From Bacteriovoracaceae bacterium (lineage in GTDB: Bacteria > Bdellovibrionota > Bacteriovoracia > Bacteriovoracales > Bacteriovoracaceae), in the NCBI GenBank assembly GCA_947448205.1, contig CANFNL010000001.1, positions 217 through 64,216 on the forward strand: a stretch of DNA of 64,000 nucleotides. The letters run 5' to 3'. This document shows, piece after piece, positions 10,964 to 20,695 of this stretch (position 1 is its first letter; the number at the start of each line of letters is the position of its first letter). The translations under genes and the position numbers were made by a program. The notes below the pieces were generated by a model. It saw nothing but the letters and a program-made list of their open reading frames with translations. It ran no database searches and was not told the DNA's origin.

Positions 10964-12328
10964 AATTGATTCGATATCCTTAGCTTTCTTTAATCCTATT
11001 ATTTCTATATTAAACTTGCCTTTTAATTCTTTTGCAGTTTTTTCAGAAGTTACCACTTTTTTATAATTGAGTTGTGCCATCTCCTTTACTCGCATTTCCA
11101 TCTGTGGAATAGAGCGAACTTCACCTGTAAGTCCCACCTCTCCAACGAAGATTGTACTCGAATCAATTGGTCTTGATCTATAAGAGCTTAGAAGTGATGC
11201 TATAATTGAAAGATCAGACTCTCTGGAGATGAGTTTCATTCCTCCAACAACATTTAAATAAATGTCATTAAAACCTAAAGGCAATCTAAAATATTTTTCA
11301 ATAACTGCAACCATCATGGCCAGTCGATTATTATCTACACCTTGAGTTGTTCTTCTTCCATTCCCAAATTTATTTTCTACAACGAGTGCTTGAATTTCTA
11401 CAAACAAAGATCGAGATCCTTCAATGATACAGGTAAGCGATCTACCGTATGAATCCTGCAATTGATCATCAAGAAAATATTGCGATGGATTTTTTACCTC
11501 ATCCAATCCGCTTTCCTTCATTTCAAAAATACCAACTTCATTTGTGTTTCCAAAACGATTTTTCATGGCCCTTAATAGGCGATAGTGACCAAATTGGTCT
11601 CCCTCAAAGTAAATTACTGTATCGACCATATGTTCTAATATTTTAGGCCCTGCAATTGATCCTTCTTTTGTTATATGGCCAATGACAAAACAAGTAATGC
11701 CATTAGCTTTTACATGATTCATTAATTCATAAGTGACTTCGCGAATTTGAGATACAGTACCTGGGGCAGAATCTATTTCTGAAGATGAAGTTGTCTGAAT
11801 AGAATCGATAACAAGAAAACGAGGTTGTAATTTATTTATCTGTTCTAATATTTTTTGCCAGTTTGTTTCATTGTAAATATAAAAATTTGCTGCATTGACA
11901 CCGACACGCTTTGATCTTTCTGCAACTTGATTAACAGACTCTTCACCACTTACATATAAAACAACTTGTTCCGGGTGAGCCTGAGACAACTTCCCCATTA
12001 CACTTGTCAGTAATGTGGATTTACCAATTCCAGGCTCACCTCCAATTAAAATCAAAGATCCTGGAACAACTCCACCTCCAACCACCCGGTCAAACTCCCC
12101 CATGCCAGTGATAACACGAAATTGTTTTTCTAAAACAATTTCATTAATTAACTTCGGAATTTCATTCCCTTGAGCAGTGCGCTTGTGAGCACGATTTAAA
12201 TCCTTTGCTGCTACTGCTGTTTCTTCTGTAAAAGAATTCCAAGATCCACACTCTGGACATTTCCCCATCCACTTTGAGGTTTGGTATGAGCAACTTTGAC
12301 AAATAAATGTTGTAGTTTTTTTTGCCAT
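10952..12328 (-). CDS. radA: DNA repair protein RadA/Sms
   Basis: C4 zinc finger, GEPGIGKST Walker A, KNRFG motif. Confidence 0.98.
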   Translation of the reverse strand: MAKKTTTFICQSCSYQTSKWMGKCPECGSWNSFTEETAVAAKDLNRAHKRTAQGNEIPKLINEIVLEKQFRVITGMGEFDRVVGGGVVPGSLILIGGEPGIGKSTLLTSVMGKLSQAHPEQVVLYVSGEESVNQVAERSKRVGVNAANFYIYNETNWQKILEQINKLQPRFLVIDSIQTTSSSEIDSAPGTVSQIREVTYELMNHVKANGITCFVIGHITKEGSIAGPKILEHMVDTVIYFEGDQFGHYRLLRAMKNRFGNTNEVGIFEMKESGLDEVKNPSQYFLDDQLQDSYGRSLTCIIEGSRSLFVEIQALVVENKFGNGRRTTQGVDNNRLAMMVAVIEKYFRLPLGFNDIYLNVVGGMKLISRESDLSIIASLLSSYRSRPIDSSTIFVGEVGLTGEVRSIPQMEMRVKEMAQLNYKKVVTSEKTAKELKGKFNIEIIGLKKAKDIESILAI

Positions 12329-12331
12329 AAA

Positions 12332-14218
12332 TTATTTCCTCTCATTCATTAATTCCATTAATTGTGCTTCAGTAATTATTTTAATCTTTAACTCAAGTGC
12401 TTTTTTATATTTGCTTGAACTTGGATCTGTTTCATTTGTGATTAATAGATCTGTATTTTTTGAAACAGATGATACTACTATACCACCACACTCTCTTATA
12501 CGATCTTCAATGGTTTGTCGTTTTTCCGAAAGAGGCCCCGTTATGCAAACTCGAACTCCAGTCAACTCTGTTTGTCTTGCTTGATCTACCTTAAAAACAA
12601 ATCCAAGCTCTATTAATTCATCAATTATTTTATGTTTATCTTTCAATGAACTCAGAAAATCCGTTGCAGATTTCTCAGCAAAGGACTCTATTTCCATCAA
12701 AGCTTCTTTTGTTAAACTTTTAATTTTTATTATAGAATCAAAACCTGCTCGAACAACTTTCTCACATTTATTAAATGCTCCTCCACTTATTCCCAAGGCT
12801 GATAAAAAGGTAATTAAATCAATATTTTTAGTTTTTTGAATGGATTCAATCAATTTACTGCTCAGCTTTTCTTTAATCTTTTCAATTCCCATGAAGTCTT
12901 CTGCTGTTAGCTTGTAAAGATCGGGAATAGTTTTAACAAGTCCTGCACTCATTAATCCATCTAAGCGCTTGCCACTTAAATCTTCTATGCCAATTTTTTG
13001 AATGAAATTGAGAATTACTTCTTTGTTTTTCCCAGGACAAGAATCATTAACACAAAAAATCCTGATATCTTGAATTTCAACTTTTGAATGACAACTAGGG
13101 CAAACTTCTGGAATGCTAAACTTATTTTTTGATGGCACTAACACCGATAAAAACTTAGGTATAACCTCTCCACTTCTAATTATCTCTATAATATCGCCAG
13201 TTTTTAAGTTATTTGCGAAAACAACTCCATAATTATGCAAGGTCACTCGAGAGATCATTGCTCCAGACAATTCAACAGGTGCAACTTCCCCTACCGGAGT
13301 TAAAATTCCATTCCTCGAAACAGACCAAATAATTTCTTTTAGCTCTGTTTGTTTTGATTCTCCTTTAAACTTAAAAGCCATCTTATAGCGCGGGTGATGG
13401 GAAGTTTCACCTAGCTCCTCATGCAGTGACATTTTGTTGAATGTAAAAACTAGTCCGTCTATCTGAAAGTCGCCCTCACTCATAAATTGGCGAGCACGAT
13501 CGATTATTCCCTCTAAACTTTTTTTATCATGGTGAATCTCAATTTCTGGCGTGAGGAAGTTTAACTTATGCAAATTTTCAAATTTCACTTGCTCTAACTC
13601 AATTTTTTCCTCAGAGAGATAATCAAATGCCATAAATTTTATATAACGACAGAGTTCTAGATTATCTTTTCTTCCCATCAATCCAGCAACAATATTGCGC
13701 TGACTTGTGGGTTTGTCTAAACCTATCTTTGTCATCTCCTGAGAAAGCCTAAAGAAACTTTCTTCATCACAAAAAAGTTCACCGCGAATTTCTAATTTAT
13801 TTTTTTCAGTTATTGACTTTGGAACGTTATTTATCCACATAACTTTTTTTGTTATATTTTCACCTAAGGATCCATCCCCTCTGGTTTTAGCAAGGGATAA
13901 TTCACCATCAATATAAATCAGTGAACAACTAATTCCATCTAATTTATAAGTGCTAATAACTTCTTCGTTGCCCATCCAGTTCGCTAGATCCTCTAAAACA
14001 TAAGTTTTCTCAAGCGATAACATTTTTTTGTCGTGCTTAATTTTTTCACTTACTGAAGTTGTGCTACCAACAATTTCTAGTGTCAGATTTTTAGGATCTA
14101 GTTTTTTTAATTCGTCTTCAAGTTTATCGTAATCCAGATCTGATATTTCTGGCCTTCCTTGATAATAAAGTGCCTTATGCTTGATAATTTCAGCTTCAAG
14201 TTTTTGAATCCGACTCAT
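12332..14218 (-). CDS. ligA: NAD-dependent DNA ligase
   Basis: KLDG adenylation motif, TRGDG, EIRGE, C4 zinc finger, C-terminal BRCT. Confidence 0.97.
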   Translation of the reverse strand: MSRIQKLEAEIIKHKALYYQGRPEISDLDYDKLEDELKKLDPKNLTLEIVGSTTSVSEKIKHDKKMLSLEKTYVLEDLANWMGNEEVISTYKLDGISCSLIYIDGELSLAKTRGDGSLGENITKKVMWINNVPKSITEKNKLEIRGELFCDEESFFRLSQEMTKIGLDKPTSQRNIVAGLMGRKDNLELCRYIKFMAFDYLSEEKIELEQVKFENLHKLNFLTPEIEIHHDKKSLEGIIDRARQFMSEGDFQIDGLVFTFNKMSLHEELGETSHHPRYKMAFKFKGESKQTELKEIIWSVSRNGILTPVGEVAPVELSGAMISRVTLHNYGVVFANNLKTGDIIEIIRSGEVIPKFLSVLVPSKNKFSIPEVCPSCHSKVEIQDIRIFCVNDSCPGKNKEVILNFIQKIGIEDLSGKRLDGLMSAGLVKTIPDLYKLTAEDFMGIEKIKEKLSSKLIESIQKTKNIDLITFLSALGISGGAFNKCEKVVRAGFDSIIKIKSLTKEALMEIESFAEKSATDFLSSLKDKHKIIDELIELGFVFKVDQARQTELTGVRVCITGPLSEKRQTIEDRIRECGGIVVSSVSKNTDLLITNETDPSSSKYKKALELKIKIITEAQLMELMNERK

Positions 14219-14238
14219 TTCTTCTCCAATTTTTTGGA

Positions 14239-15711
14239 TTAAAAAGTAAAAATCGTCCCAATTTTAACAGAAACATCTTTGAATTGCTCTTCTTTTGTAG
14301 TCCCTGTGAAATTTGCTTTATTCGAAAGAACTGACAAGCCAGAGCTGAAAGTAATATTTGGCTCAAAAGTGTAAAGACCACCAAGCTCTATACGATAATT
14401 TGAGCTAGAATCATCATTACCAAATATTTGAATTTTCTCTTTGTAAGATGAGGTCAAAAGAAAATCAAAAAGCATATACATCCTAAAGGATTCAACAAGT
14501 GGAACACTCCCCTTTACTCCTAGTAAAATCCCGCTAAAAGTAAAGTCAGTAAGATTATCGGTTGAATTTGTACTTAGGCCATAATCATAACTTGCATAAC
14601 CAAAATAAGCGTCAACTTGAGGTCCGTAAAAAAAGCCCATAGGTAAATACTTATAACCAAGCTTTAATCTAGTAATTGAGTTTGTTGTTGTGTTACTGTT
14701 GCTGGAAAAACTGCCTTGATCTTTTTTATATTCACCAAACTTTTTACCAATATCCAATCCGAACCATAAATTCCTCGTTGCCCACATTTCTGTTTCAATA
14801 TCAATTCCTATCAATAGCCCAGTCATAGATTTTTCAGAAGTACCAGTTTGAGTTGAACTGCCATTTCCAATATTTAAAAAAAGCCCTACTGTTCCCAGTT
14901 TTCCATAATCTTCTTTCTCTTTTTCAGAATAGGTAACTTGTTCTATAGCTTTTCTTTGTTCATTTAATCGAACCTTTACCCAATCTTCTAATTTTAATTT
15001 CTTTTGGCCTTCATAACTAGACACCCTTGCTTGTGCCTGGGTATCACTAACATCAAAAACTTTAGCATCTGCTATTTTTTCTGTTTGATAATCGATTATT
15101 TCTTTTAACAATGGATGTTGTCTTTTAATAGTGGGCCGCTCAATTATAATTTCACTTCCATTGAATAAATGAGATTTTTTTCCAATATCTATTGTAAACT
15201 GATCACCTAACACCCCTTTGACTCTACCTTCGTAGGGAATTGTTTTTTCATATATGTCTAGCCAGTTTTTTATGGTCTGAGCGATTAGAGAACTATCATT
15301 ACTTTTTAATAACGTTTGCTCTTTAAAATACTTATCTTCACCATTTTCACCAATTATTTCGCCCCTAACATCAGTTGTCCCAGCTTGTAATTGTAAATTT
15401 ACTCTTATTAATGTCCCAGCTTTTGTTTTATCGGCGATTACTTTTAAAACATCTTTGTTATTTAAATGGCTTTCAAGTCCTTTCGAATATTGTCCTAATA
15501 TGTTAATTAGTTCTGAATTTGATTTATAAGTGCACCAACTTCCATCCTTAATATAATTTTCAATTTCTTCGAAAACCTTAAACCCAACTCTATTATCCAC
15601 ACCATCCACGATTGGCAGTAGCATACAGTTTCTCATCGATTCTGTCGCATTGGCATGAGCTGTAATTAACAGTCCAGCATAGAGGATTATTTGATTTATT
15701 AATTTATTCAT
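14239..15711 (-). CDS. exported protein with probable C-terminal outer-membrane beta-barrel
   Basis: Signal peptide (AHANA), amphipathic Gly/aromatic strands in the C-terminal half, terminal ...IGTIFTF. Confidence 0.7.
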   Translation of the reverse strand: MNKLINQIILYAGLLITAHANATESMRNCMLLPIVDGVDNRVGFKVFEEIENYIKDGSWCTYKSNSELINILGQYSKGLESHLNNKDVLKVIADKTKAGTLIRVNLQLQAGTTDVRGEIIGENGEDKYFKEQTLLKSNDSSLIAQTIKNWLDIYEKTIPYEGRVKGVLGDQFTIDIGKKSHLFNGSEIIIERPTIKRQHPLLKEIIDYQTEKIADAKVFDVSDTQAQARVSSYEGQKKLKLEDWVKVRLNEQRKAIEQVTYSEKEKEDYGKLGTVGLFLNIGNGSSTQTGTSEKSMTGLLIGIDIETEMWATRNLWFGLDIGKKFGEYKKDQGSFSSNSNTTTNSITRLKLGYKYLPMGFFYGPQVDAYFGYASYDYGLSTNSTDNLTDFTFSGILLGVKGSVPLVESFRMYMLFDFLLTSSYKEKIQIFGNDDSSSNYRIELGGLYTFEPNITFSSGLSVLSNKANFTGTTKEEQFKDVSVKIGTIFTF

Positions 15712-16043
15712 AATTCAATTTCTGGTAATGGCGGTAAACCGAAGTCGTATTCATCTGATTTGTTTTCATAAACACTTAAGAGCATTTTTGAATCAGCTAA
15801 CTCTTCAGATAATTCGCGATTTTTCTTTTTTAAATATTCAATTTCTAGTTTTAGGGCTAATTCATTTTTCTCTGATCTTAATTGAGCAGTATTATCTTTC
15901 ATCCAAATAAAGTATTTCCCACTTTCTTCTTTGTAAATTAAATGCTTTGCTTTAATCGAGCGTCTTATGGTCGAGATAGAGATTTTTTTTACTGTAGCAT
16001 AATCGATTATTGACAACCAAATTCCATCTTGATTCATATTCAC
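15708..16043 (-). CDS. small helix-turn-helix (excisionase/MerR-like) DNA-binding protein with coiled coil
   Basis: WLSIIDYATVKKISISTIRRSIK HTH-like N-terminus, heptad-rich middle. Confidence 0.7.
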   Translation of the reverse strand: MNMNQDGIWLSIIDYATVKKISISTIRRSIKAKHLIYKEESGKYFIWMKDNTAQLRSEKNELALKLEIEYLKKKNRELSEELADSKMLLSVYENKSDEYDFGLPPLPEIEL

Positions 16044-16141
16044 TCCAAATATTTATGGATATTTTAACTTAGATTTTTAACTGTTAGAACCTTTTTATAG
16101 TTGTCTAAAATGCTCTTGTATTTTTTTCGTTTGTTCAAGTA

Positions 16142-17347
16142 ATGATATGTTATTCTATTTCTATGTATCACAATATCGATCTATCTCCTTTTAAAAGTAA
16201 AAAAACAGCACTTGTCCTCTCTGGCGGAGTTGTCAAGGCAGCTTCATGGCATCTGGGCGTTGCCCTTGCTCTAGAAGAATTTGGTTTTGTTTTAAAACAT
16301 AACAAATCACCTATTGATCCTGATTATGAAATATCCACTTATGTCGGATCTTCTGCTGGCTCACTTATTAATTTATATTTTGCTTCTGGCTTTAGACCAA
16401 TAGATGTTATCGATGCAACCATAAATGGTAAAAAATCCCAAACTATACTTCAAGCAGTTGGCTATTCAGATATGCTTTCGCGAAAAATGCCATTGCGGGA
16501 TGCACTTAACTTTGATTTTTACAATCCTCTTGAAGGTTTTCCAAATTTTTTAAAACAGATGGCAAAACCCTTACTCTCAATCTCTGGATTATTTTCAACA
16601 GAAGGTTTAAATCAATATATGCAAAAGCATGTTTTGCTTTCTCAATCCTTTGAAGATTATTTAGCTGATATGTTTGTAGTAGCCACCCAGCTTGACCATT
16701 CTAGAAAAGTTATTTTCAGCAAATACAACTTTCCAAGCCCGATCCATGATTCAACTGCTGAGTATTATACTGGTGTCGATATATCTCAAGCTGTTTCAGC
16801 AAGCATGAGTGTTCCTCCTTTCTACTCACCTTTTCCAATTAAAAACCCTCGCACTCAAAGAATTGACTATTATATAGATGGTGAAATTCGCGAGACTTTA
16901 TCAAATCATGTTGCCGTCGATAATAAATGTGATTTTGTTATTAGCTCTTGGACACATACACCTTATCACTTTCACGATGAAGTTGGATCCCTTATCAATT
17001 ATGGCTTACCGGCTATTTGCATGCAGGCTATTTATTTAATGATTCAAAAAAAGATCGTAGCCTCACGTGGACAAAAAATTCTAGCGCAAGATATAATCGA
17101 GACTGTAAATGACTATATGGTATCAAACAATTTTTCCCAAAAAGATCGCTTGAAGATAACGTCAATTCTTGAAAGAAAAATGAATTACAATCCCAATATT
17201 AAATTTATTGACATCTATCCAGATCATTCTAATTATAAATTGTTTTTTACAAACTCTTTTTCACTAGATCCCAAAAAAGCCAAATATATCATGACTGCGG
17301 GTTATAAGAAAACTTTCGAGGTTTTTAAAAAACTTGAGTGGACTTAA
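16142..17347 (+). CDS. patatin-like phospholipase (start possibly ATG 16163)
   Basis: LVLSGGVVKA glycine loop, GSSAG nucleophile elbow, ASMSVPP, YIDGE. Confidence 0.9.
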   Translation: MICYSISMYHNIDLSPFKSKKTALVLSGGVVKAASWHLGVALALEEFGFVLKHNKSPIDPDYEISTYVGSSAGSLINLYFASGFRPIDVIDATINGKKSQTILQAVGYSDMLSRKMPLRDALNFDFYNPLEGFPNFLKQMAKPLLSISGLFSTEGLNQYMQKHVLLSQSFEDYLADMFVVATQLDHSRKVIFSKYNFPSPIHDSTAEYYTGVDISQAVSASMSVPPFYSPFPIKNPRTQRIDYYIDGEIRETLSNHVAVDNKCDFVISSWTHTPYHFHDEVGSLINYGLPAICMQAIYLMIQKKIVASRGQKILAQDIIETVNDYMVSNNFSQKDRLKITSILERKMNYNPNIKFIDIYPDHSNYKLFFTNSFSLDPKKAKYIMTAGYKKTFEVFKKLEWT

Positions 17348-17348
17348 A

Positions 17349-19016
17349 ATGAAAGTTGGATTTAGCGACATCATATTTATCCTAATTCTTTGTGTTTTAC
17401 TTTTTTTATTTTATTTTCATCTGATTATCCAAGATCCAATTTTAACTTATGACGATATTCAAATCATAGCCCCCATAAAACTTCTTAACTCCCTTCCCAC
17501 TTATTTCAATTTTTTTTCTAAAGGCTTAATTTTCGACATTCAGCCGGTTAGGGATTTTAGCTTTTTTTTGGATAACTTGATCGGAAATGCCATTGGCAGA
17601 TCTCTTTTTCATTTTACTAATTTGTTAATCTGGCTATTAATTTGTGTATGCTTTTATATTTCTGCATCACTTTTTGATAAAAATAAAAGTAATTTTCTTA
17701 TGCTCTATTTATTTGCATTCTCCCCGATTGCTGTTAGCTCGGTCGCTTGGATTTCTGCTAGGAAACATCTCCTTTCATCTTTTTTTATCCTCCTTGCAAC
17801 ACTTTATTCATATTTTAAACGTAAAAATTATAATTTTTTTGATTTAGTAGTTATCACTATACTATACTCCGCCTCTGTTTTTTCTCATCCCATTAATATC
17901 TTATGGCCTTTGGGATTCTTTTATGTATTTGCTAAAAAAAACTATAGTTTCAATTTTAAAGTTTTCATTTTTTGTTTGATGGTAATATTTCTTTTTCTCA
18001 ATTTCTATTATTACAAAGTAGTCTATCCAATTTCTAGCAATGGCATCAATAAAATCATCGCATTTGACCCCGGTTTTTCTCTCTTGGCGCTCGGGCGCTA
18101 TTTATTTTCTTCATTATGGCCTTTTGATTTTTTACCTACTTCTCACAGTGAGGCATCAGTTAAGAATATCATTGGAATCTCACTGCTCCCATTAGCCTTT
18201 TTTTTCCTTTACAAAATAAAGAGTCCTTGGAAGAAAAAAATATCTACGCATCTTTTTCTCTTTTATTTTCTTCCATTGCTTCCTGTTCTAATTATGCAAA
18301 CAAATATATTTAGTAGTGACACATACTTACTCACATCACTTTTTTACTTTAATCTGCTCATTAAGCTTCACTTAAAAGATCACCTTTTTGTTCGACTTCC
18401 TTTAGTAATTCTTCTTGCATTTTTTATGTACACCTCATTTAACTACATTAAAATATTTAACAATACAGATAGTGTTTGGACTTTTTCATTTTCTAAAGAA
18501 GTAACTCCTCGTTCCGCTCTTATAACAGCTCGATCGTACACTAAGAACAAACGTTACGCAGAAGCAGATCACTTATTAAGAATTGTTCAGGAATGGGAAC
18601 CTGGTTTATCTGGATTGCAAACGATAGTCATTGAAAATATATATCTAAATACAAATATAAGTATTGCAGATCGTATAAAACGCTTAAGTAAAATTTCACC
18701 AGATACGACAGCAAAACATTTTTATTTATCACTACTAGCGGTAAACGCTAATGACCATCAACTTTATAATGAACATTTAGTAAAAATCTTTAACGATCCC
18801 CTTTCTTTCAAGATTGATTTTGTTGCTCATAAAGAAATTGCTTTTGCTGCATTTTTTTCAAGTTGTCATTATTTCCAAACTGAGCAACTTTGCAATTTGA
18901 TATTTGATAAGTTTAAGGAGAAAGTGCATATAGAATTGTGGAATGAAGGATTATATAGGGCTACTTTATCTAAGTTTAACTCACAAGGTTCGCAAATAGT
19001 TTATAATGTCTTTTAA
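17349..19016 (+). CDS. multi-pass membrane GT-C/TMTC-like glycosyltransferase with TPR-like C-terminus (copy 1)
   Basis: YDD acidic motif after TM1, QPVRD, VAWISARKHLL, about 10 TM segments, soluble helical tail. Confidence 0.65.
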   Translation: MKVGFSDIIFILILCVLLFLFYFHLIIQDPILTYDDIQIIAPIKLLNSLPTYFNFFSKGLIFDIQPVRDFSFFLDNLIGNAIGRSLFHFTNLLIWLLICVCFYISASLFDKNKSNFLMLYLFAFSPIAVSSVAWISARKHLLSSFFILLATLYSYFKRKNYNFFDLVVITILYSASVFSHPINILWPLGFFYVFAKKNYSFNFKVFIFCLMVIFLFLNFYYYKVVYPISSNGINKIIAFDPGFSLLALGRYLFSSLWPFDFLPTSHSEASVKNIIGISLLPLAFFFLYKIKSPWKKKISTHLFLFYFLPLLPVLIMQTNIFSSDTYLLTSLFYFNLLIKLHLKDHLFVRLPLVILLAFFMYTSFNYIKIFNNTDSVWTFSFSKEVTPRSALITARSYTKNKRYAEADHLLRIVQEWEPGLSGLQTIVIENIYLNTNISIADRIKRLSKISPDTTAKHFYLSLLAVNANDHQLYNEHLVKIFNDPLSFKIDFVAHKEIAFAAFFSSCHYFQTEQLCNLIFDKFKEKVHIELWNEGLYRATLSKFNSQGSQIVYNVF

Positions 19017-19033
19017 TCTTTTGGGTTCATTTC

Positions 19034-20695
19034 ATGAAACTTTTAACTAAGCATAATTTTTCACTTTTTTTTATTTTTCTTTTTTTATTTTTTCTATACT
19101 TCAAGCTTGTTTTTAATGATTACGTTTTAGACTATGATGACAATCTTCTTTTGACTCCACTTCACTCAATGAACACAATGAAAGATTATTTCATTCTACT
19201 TTTTAATGGACTCCTCTCTGACTTCCAGCCAATACGTGACATCAGTTATCTTTTTGATATACAAATAGAAAAATGGTTCCACTTTTCAATTTTCCACTCC
19301 ACAAACCTAATACTTTGGTTTTCTATTTGCTTGTTATTTTATAAATCTTTGTCTTTTTTTTCTAACTCTAAATTAAATTTTTTAATTATGCTTGCTCTGT
19401 TGTTTTCTCCTATTTCAGTTAGCTCCGTTGCTTGGATTTCGGCTCGAAAACATCTACTTGCTTGTTTCTTTATTCTCCTTGCAACCACTTTTTCTGTTAA
19501 AAATCGAAAATCACCCTCTATGTTTTTTTCCTTCTTAATTTTAATTATTTATACTTTGTCTGTTTTATCACATCCCATTACTCTTTTTTGGCCGTTATGG
19601 TTTTTGATCTTTTTTTTAAATAGTAAACACAGCAAGTTTTTTAAAGCTGTACTGATTGTCGATATGTGTTTTTTAGGATTTCTTAATTATAAATACTATT
19701 TAGGCCCCTATGTTTACTTAAATTTTGGAGTTTCCAAAATTCATTCCTTTGATCTAGCATTTTCTCTTCTCTCTCTTGGTCGCTACTTTCAACTCTCATT
19801 TTGGCCTTTTGGATTTTTACCTACACCACATAGTGAGGGATCACTCCAAAATTTAATTGGTTTATTTTTCTTACCCATAATTATTTTTATGGTCACAAAA
19901 ATTAAAAGTGCTTGGACGAAAAAATTAATTTTTTCAATTATGCCTCTCTACTTTTTTTTACTTTTGCCTGTTGTGTCAATTAAAACCAATATCTTTTGCA
20001 GTGATACCTATTTGCTTACACCTCTTGTTGTTTTTTTATTTTGTTCTCGCTCACTTTTAAGAAACAATTTTTCTACTTTATTTTTTTTATCAATCTTTGT
20101 TTTTACCTCTATTTACTTCACTTGGTCTTATATACCCATATTTTATAATTCAAATAATATTTGGAATTTTTCCTTCAGCAAAGAGGCTACTCCAACTTCA
20201 CTTCTTGCTGTTGCGAAAATTTCAACTATTAAAAAGAATTTTTCTAGGGCTGATAAACTTTTAAAAGTTCTACAGGAATGGGAGCCTAACCAAATTGATT
20301 TACAACTAGCAGTTATTCAAAATATTTATTTGAACGAAAGTTCATCACCTCAGGTGAGGATCAATCGATTAAAAAAAATTAAACCAGACAACTCTACAAA
20401 ATCTTTTTATTTAGCTCTGCTCGCTGTTAACATTCATGATTCTTTGTTATTTTATTCTATATACAATGATGTCCTTAGTGAACCTAGGCGCTTTAGTTCT
20501 GATTTTGGTTCAAGGCCTGAATCAGTTCTCGCTGCCTTTTCTGCAAGTTGCCTCTACTTCAATGAGCTTGATAATTGTCAAAAAAAAATAAGCTTTTTAA
20601 ATAAATTTATTGAATTTAGAAGTTGGAATGAAGTGAAATTCAATAGTGAATATTTAAGATTTAAAAAACTTGATGATAAGATATTTTTTAATTAA
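19034..20695 (+). CDS. multi-pass membrane GT-C/TMTC-like glycosyltransferase with TPR-like C-terminus (copy 2)
   Basis: YDD, QPIRD, VAWISARKHLL, SHPI, SDTYLLT, VLQEWEP shared with the upstream paralog. Confidence 0.65.
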   Translation: MKLLTKHNFSLFFIFLFLFFLYFKLVFNDYVLDYDDNLLLTPLHSMNTMKDYFILLFNGLLSDFQPIRDISYLFDIQIEKWFHFSIFHSTNLILWFSICLLFYKSLSFFSNSKLNFLIMLALLFSPISVSSVAWISARKHLLACFFILLATTFSVKNRKSPSMFFSFLILIIYTLSVLSHPITLFWPLWFLIFFLNSKHSKFFKAVLIVDMCFLGFLNYKYYLGPYVYLNFGVSKIHSFDLAFSLLSLGRYFQLSFWPFGFLPTPHSEGSLQNLIGLFFLPIIIFMVTKIKSAWTKKLIFSIMPLYFFLLLPVVSIKTNIFCSDTYLLTPLVVFLFCSRSLLRNNFSTLFFLSIFVFTSIYFTWSYIPIFYNSNNIWNFSFSKEATPTSLLAVAKISTIKKNFSRADKLLKVLQEWEPNQIDLQLAVIQNIYLNESSSPQVRINRLKKIKPDNSTKSFYLALLAVNIHDSLLFYSIYNDVLSEPRRFSSDFGSRPESVLAAFSASCLYFNELDNCQKKISFLNKFIEFRSWNEVKFNSEYLRFKKLDDKIFFN

